DNA from: a virus
Virus record (IMG/VR): IMGVR_UViG_3300023545_000090
Coordinates: 1 to 7,019 of that record
Reading direction: 5' to 3' (one strand)
DNA: 7,019 nucleotides
Shown here piece after piece: positions 4,176 to 7,019 of this stretch; position 1 is the stretch's first letter, and each line of letters starts with the position of its first letter. Made by a program: the position numbers and the translations under genes. Under the pieces are notes generated by a model. That model did not search any database. It was not told the origin of the DNA and saw nothing but the letters and a program-made list of their open reading frames with translations.

Positions 4176-5729
4176 ATGGCTCTCTTTCCTCGTTGCAATA
4201 ATCCCGTGCTCGTTGCTGGTCGTCATGGTTTGACTCATGTTGGTTGTCACTCTTGTATTCAATGCCGTGTTGCTGCTCAAGAGCATTTATGTAAGATTTT
4301 AGAGGTTGAGGCCTCAAAACATAAATATGTTGAATTTATTACTAATACGTATGACGATTTACATTTGCCCTACATTGATACTTCTTTTCTCTATCCTTTT
4401 GGTTATGCTCTTCGTGTTCCTAATCGGGTTATTAAAAAGTATAATAGGAAAACTAAAAGTTTTTACTTTGTAGAGGATAAAATTTCTAAATCGTTTCAGC
4501 TTACTGATTTTTCTACTATTGATACTGCTCCTATGTTGCGTGATTATTACGCTCGTATTGATAAATATTATAGTAGATTTCCCTCTCGTTCCCGTGGTAT
4601 TCGTAATAATTCTGTTGTTCCTATACTATGGTATGATGATATTCGAAAATATATAGGTCGTTTAAGAAAATGGTTTTTAAAAGAATATGGAGAAACAATT
4701 CGTTACTACATTATTTGCGAGTATGGTTCCCAATCGTTCCGTCCGCATTATCATCTCCTATTATTCCACAACTCGCCTAGAGCGAGAGCAGATTTTAGGG
4801 TTGTTCGAACTTTGCCCCAATCCACCAAAGAAAATCCCCGAGAAATTTGTGTTAAACTCGATTTGGCTGCGTTATGGGTCTACGGTGATACGACTACAAA
4901 GGTTACAGACGGCAACATGCAGGAATATGTTAGTAAGTATCTTACACAACATTCTGACTTCCCTCGAGTGCTTGACAAGTTTCCACAAAGGAGTTTCCAT
5001 TCCATCTTATTGGGTTCAAAGGACAGATCAGAGGTTAAAGAATTATTCAAGGCTAGAGATTTCGAAACACTTACAACTGATTATGTCGTTAACAAGAAGG
5101 GTATTCGAAGATCTGTTTCCATGTCCGATGCGTATTACTCTCAATTTGCCGTTAGATTTACAGGTTCTTCCGTCTTTAATGTTGAGCAAACTTCTACCCT
5201 ATTTCGTTCGGTTGTATACGTTGCCAGACGATTTTTCACTTCCCATGGAGAAATTTATGACGATTCGTCCGTAAGAGAGTTTTTATTGTGGTTGTTTAAA
5301 CCTTCCACTATTGAGTTATATAAATATACATATCAGTTTCGGGCTGTTCATTGGTATGCAGTTACTTTTGCTAAACCGGTTTATAATAGTTCTGATTCTG
5401 TTAATCCTTTAAAGTCGTTGCTTTATGCTGCTCACCATCACTATTCGTTATCCTCCTATTTAGGTTTGGATTTTTATGAATGTCTTAAGTTACGTTTTGA
5501 CTTCATCGCTTGGAAAGATTATCAAAATATGGTTCAGTATTTCCAAAATTTGGAAAATGATAAATTATTTGCTTATGAAAATTATGCAAGTATTTCTTCG
5601 TTTACTGGTACATATGATTTTAATTGTTTAAAAACACGGTCTATTTTTCAGTATCAAGTTCAAAAAGCTAATATGGCTTTTGTTGAAAATATTAAACACC
5701 GTGATGTTGTTGATTCTTATAAAAATTAA
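4176..5729 (+). CDS. VP4: HUH-superfamily rolling-circle replication initiation protein (VP4 / phiX174 gpA-like), 517 aa
   Basis: Motif I is FITNTYD (aa 54-60, nt 4335..4355). Motif II is HYHLLLF (aa 191-197, nt 4746..4766). Motif III is YVSKYLTQ, with two tyrosines in a Y-x-x-x-Y arrangement (aa 251-258, nt 4926..4949). The N-terminus has the Cys cluster C7...C24-x2-C27-x2-C30 common in microvirus Rep proteins. Confidence 0.92.
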   Translation: MALFPRCNNPVLVAGRHGLTHVGCHSCIQCRVAAQEHLCKILEVEASKHKYVEFITNTYDDLHLPYIDTSFLYPFGYALRVPNRVIKKYNRKTKSFYFVEDKISKSFQLTDFSTIDTAPMLRDYYARIDKYYSRFPSRSRGIRNNSVVPILWYDDIRKYIGRLRKWFLKEYGETIRYYIICEYGSQSFRPHYHLLLFHNSPRARADFRVVRTLPQSTKENPREICVKLDLAALWVYGDTTTKVTDGNMQEYVSKYLTQHSDFPRVLDKFPQRSFHSILLGSKDRSEVKELFKARDFETLTTDYVVNKKGIRRSVSMSDAYYSQFAVRFTGSSVFNVEQTSTLFRSVVYVARRFFTSHGEIYDDSSVREFLLWLFKPSTIELYKYTYQFRAVHWYAVTFAKPVYNSSDSVNPLKSLLYAAHHHYSLSSYLGLDFYECLKLRFDFIAWKDYQNMVQYFQNLENDKLFAYENYASISSFTGTYDFNCLKTRSIFQYQVQKANMAFVENIKHRDVVDSYKN

Positions 5730-5734
5730 TTATT

Positions 5735-7019
5735 ATGGCTAATAAAGTTTTAGGTATGCACCGCCTTAAAAATAAGGTAAACCGCAATGCGTTCGATTTG
5801 TCTCACCGTCACATGTTTACCGCCCAAGTTGGCGAATTGTTGCCAGTTTTTACTCAGTGGGTTAATCCTAATGAGACGTTCCAGATTGGGTATAATGGTA
5901 AAACACGTACCGCTGCCCTTAATTCTGATGCGTTTACTCGTATACGTGAAAATATACAGTATTATTTTGTACCTTTTCAGTCTCTTTGGAAGTACTTTGA
6001 GCAACAGGTTAATAATATGACTAAAGGTGACGCCGGACAGAATATTTCTAAGTTTGCAGCTAGTTCAACCGATGCATTTCCTATTTCTACATCACTTCCT
6101 TTCATTTCTTATGTTGATTTGGCCTCTTGGTTAGATCTTATGTATCAGCATTTACTTGGTGCTGTTCATGCTTATTTAACCAAAGAAAGTTTTGAGAATG
6201 CTACTCCAGTTGGCTTTAAAGATTTCTGTTCAAGATCTTCGTTTTATAGTGATGTTTTTATTTGTGACGGTTACCGCTTGGTTCGTGCCGGTAAATTGCT
6301 TATGTCTTTGGGTTATGGTAATTTTGTTAATGTTATTCAGTACGATATTTTTGCTCAAGCTATTAAGTTTTGTTCTGATAACAAAAAATGGGATAAGGCT
6401 TCTTTTGTATCTTCTAAGTACTCCTTAGACCTTACATCTTTTGAGTGTTCTTCTCTTCTTAATAGTCCTAATCTTTCGATTTTGCCTTTGTTGGCTTATC
6501 ATAAGATTTGTAATGACCATTATCGCAATGAAAAGTGGCAACCTTTTGAGCCTTGGACATGTAACATTGATTATTTGTTGCCTACTTCTAACATGAATGC
6601 TAAAAGTTTCATTAGTGAGACCTCTTTTGTTAGTTTACGGTCTTCTATTCTCGATTTGGAAAACTCTAATCTTCCTATCGATTATTTTACTTCCGTTCTT
6701 CCTCGTGCGCAGTATGGAGATGAGTCTGCAGTTTCTGTTGGTTTGAATAATACAGATGCACTTTTCCGTATTAATGATTCTGCTGATGGTTCTAAAGGTG
6801 CAATTTTTGGCGGTAGTTCTTATAGTGCAGGTGATAGTTTAGAAAAAGCCAATTCTGCGCCTGTTCCTGCTCATGATGGTTATGTTGCTCCTGTAAGAAC
6901 TACTTCTACAGGTCTTCGCCTTGTTGGCTTTAGTGGTAATCTTACTGCTGATGCTTCTTTGAAACTTTCTGCTTTGCGTTCTGCTACTGCTCTGCAAAAA
7001 TATAAGGAAATTCAGAATA
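5735..7019 (+). CDS. VP1: Microviridae major capsid protein (VP1 / F-like), N-terminal part; open at the window end and continues at 1..822
   Basis: ATG at 5735 lies 5 nt after the rep stop, and the frame has no stop through 7019. It is probably absent from the ORF track because it lacks a stop inside the window. The N-terminus MANKVLGMHRLKNKVNRNAFDLSHRHMFTAQVGELLPVF carries the N-x-F-D-L-S-H ... T ... G-x-L-x-P capsid signature. LPLLAYHKICNDHYRNEKWQP matches the conserved A-Y-x-x-I-x-N-[DE]-x-Y-R block. The combined product is 683 aa. Confidence 0.92.
   Translation, partial: MANKVLGMHRLKNKVNRNAFDLSHRHMFTAQVGELLPVFTQWVNPNETFQIGYNGKTRTAALNSDAFTRIRENIQYYFVPFQSLWKYFEQQVNNMTKGDAGQNISKFAASSTDAFPISTSLPFISYVDLASWLDLMYQHLLGAVHAYLTKESFENATPVGFKDFCSRSSFYSDVFICDGYRLVRAGKLLMSLGYGNFVNVIQYDIFAQAIKFCSDNKKWDKASFVSSKYSLDLTSFECSSLLNSPNLSILPLLAYHKICNDHYRNEKWQPFEPWTCNIDYLLPTSNMNAKSFISETSFVSLRSSILDLENSNLPIDYFTSVLPRAQYGDESAVSVGLNNTDALFRINDSADGSKGAIFGGSSYSAGDSLEKANSAPVPAHDGYVAPVRTTSTGLRLVGFSGNLTADASLKLSALRSATALQKYKEIQN
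6965..7019. repeat. Terminal redundancy, copy 2 (identical to 1..55)
   Basis: 55/55 identity with the window start. Confidence 0.95.

Noticed and set aside
1-7019. A search for tRNA genes, CRISPR repeats, transposase or integrase genes and IS-type terminal inverted repeats.
   Set aside because: None was seen. The only long exact repeat is the 55-nt end duplication explained by circularity. No ORF shows integrase or transposase motifs.

Overview
The window is a complete circular ssDNA Microviridae genome, Alpavirinae/Gokushovirinae-like rather than phiX174-like. It is linearised inside the major capsid gene. Bases 1..55 are identical to 6965..7019, so the true unit length is 6964 nt and the capsid ORF runs 5735..6964 and continues at 1..822 (683 aa). 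All hallmark genes lie on the visibly T-rich + strand with T-ending codons. In order they are: VP1 major capsid, a 149-aa acidic/Lys-rich scaffold-like protein, a 483-aa VP2 pilot protein with a Gly/Ala-rich N-terminus, a strong rho-independent terminator, three tightly packed small ORFs (the first a lipoprotein-like protein), and a 517-aa HUH replication initiator (VP4) that abuts VP1. The layout fits one long + strand transcription unit from about 3540 around the circle to the terminator at 2755..2786. The unusual part is the remaining ~0.8 kb (2749..3572). It holds an 86-aa ORF on the opposite strand, which classical microviruses do not have. It also holds an AT-rich non-coding tract with helically phased TTAAAT repeats, a 71-nt nested hairpin, a tandem TTTGTAACT repeat and a Bacteroides-type promoter match. 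A second oddity is a 195-aa out-of-frame ORF inside rep that coincides with a local codon-usage island. Start codons lack Shine-Dalgarno motifs, which together with the promoter match suggests a Bacteroidota host. I saw no tRNA, CRISPR array, integrase or recognisable lysis enzyme. All functional calls rest on motif recognition by eye, and no database search was possible.
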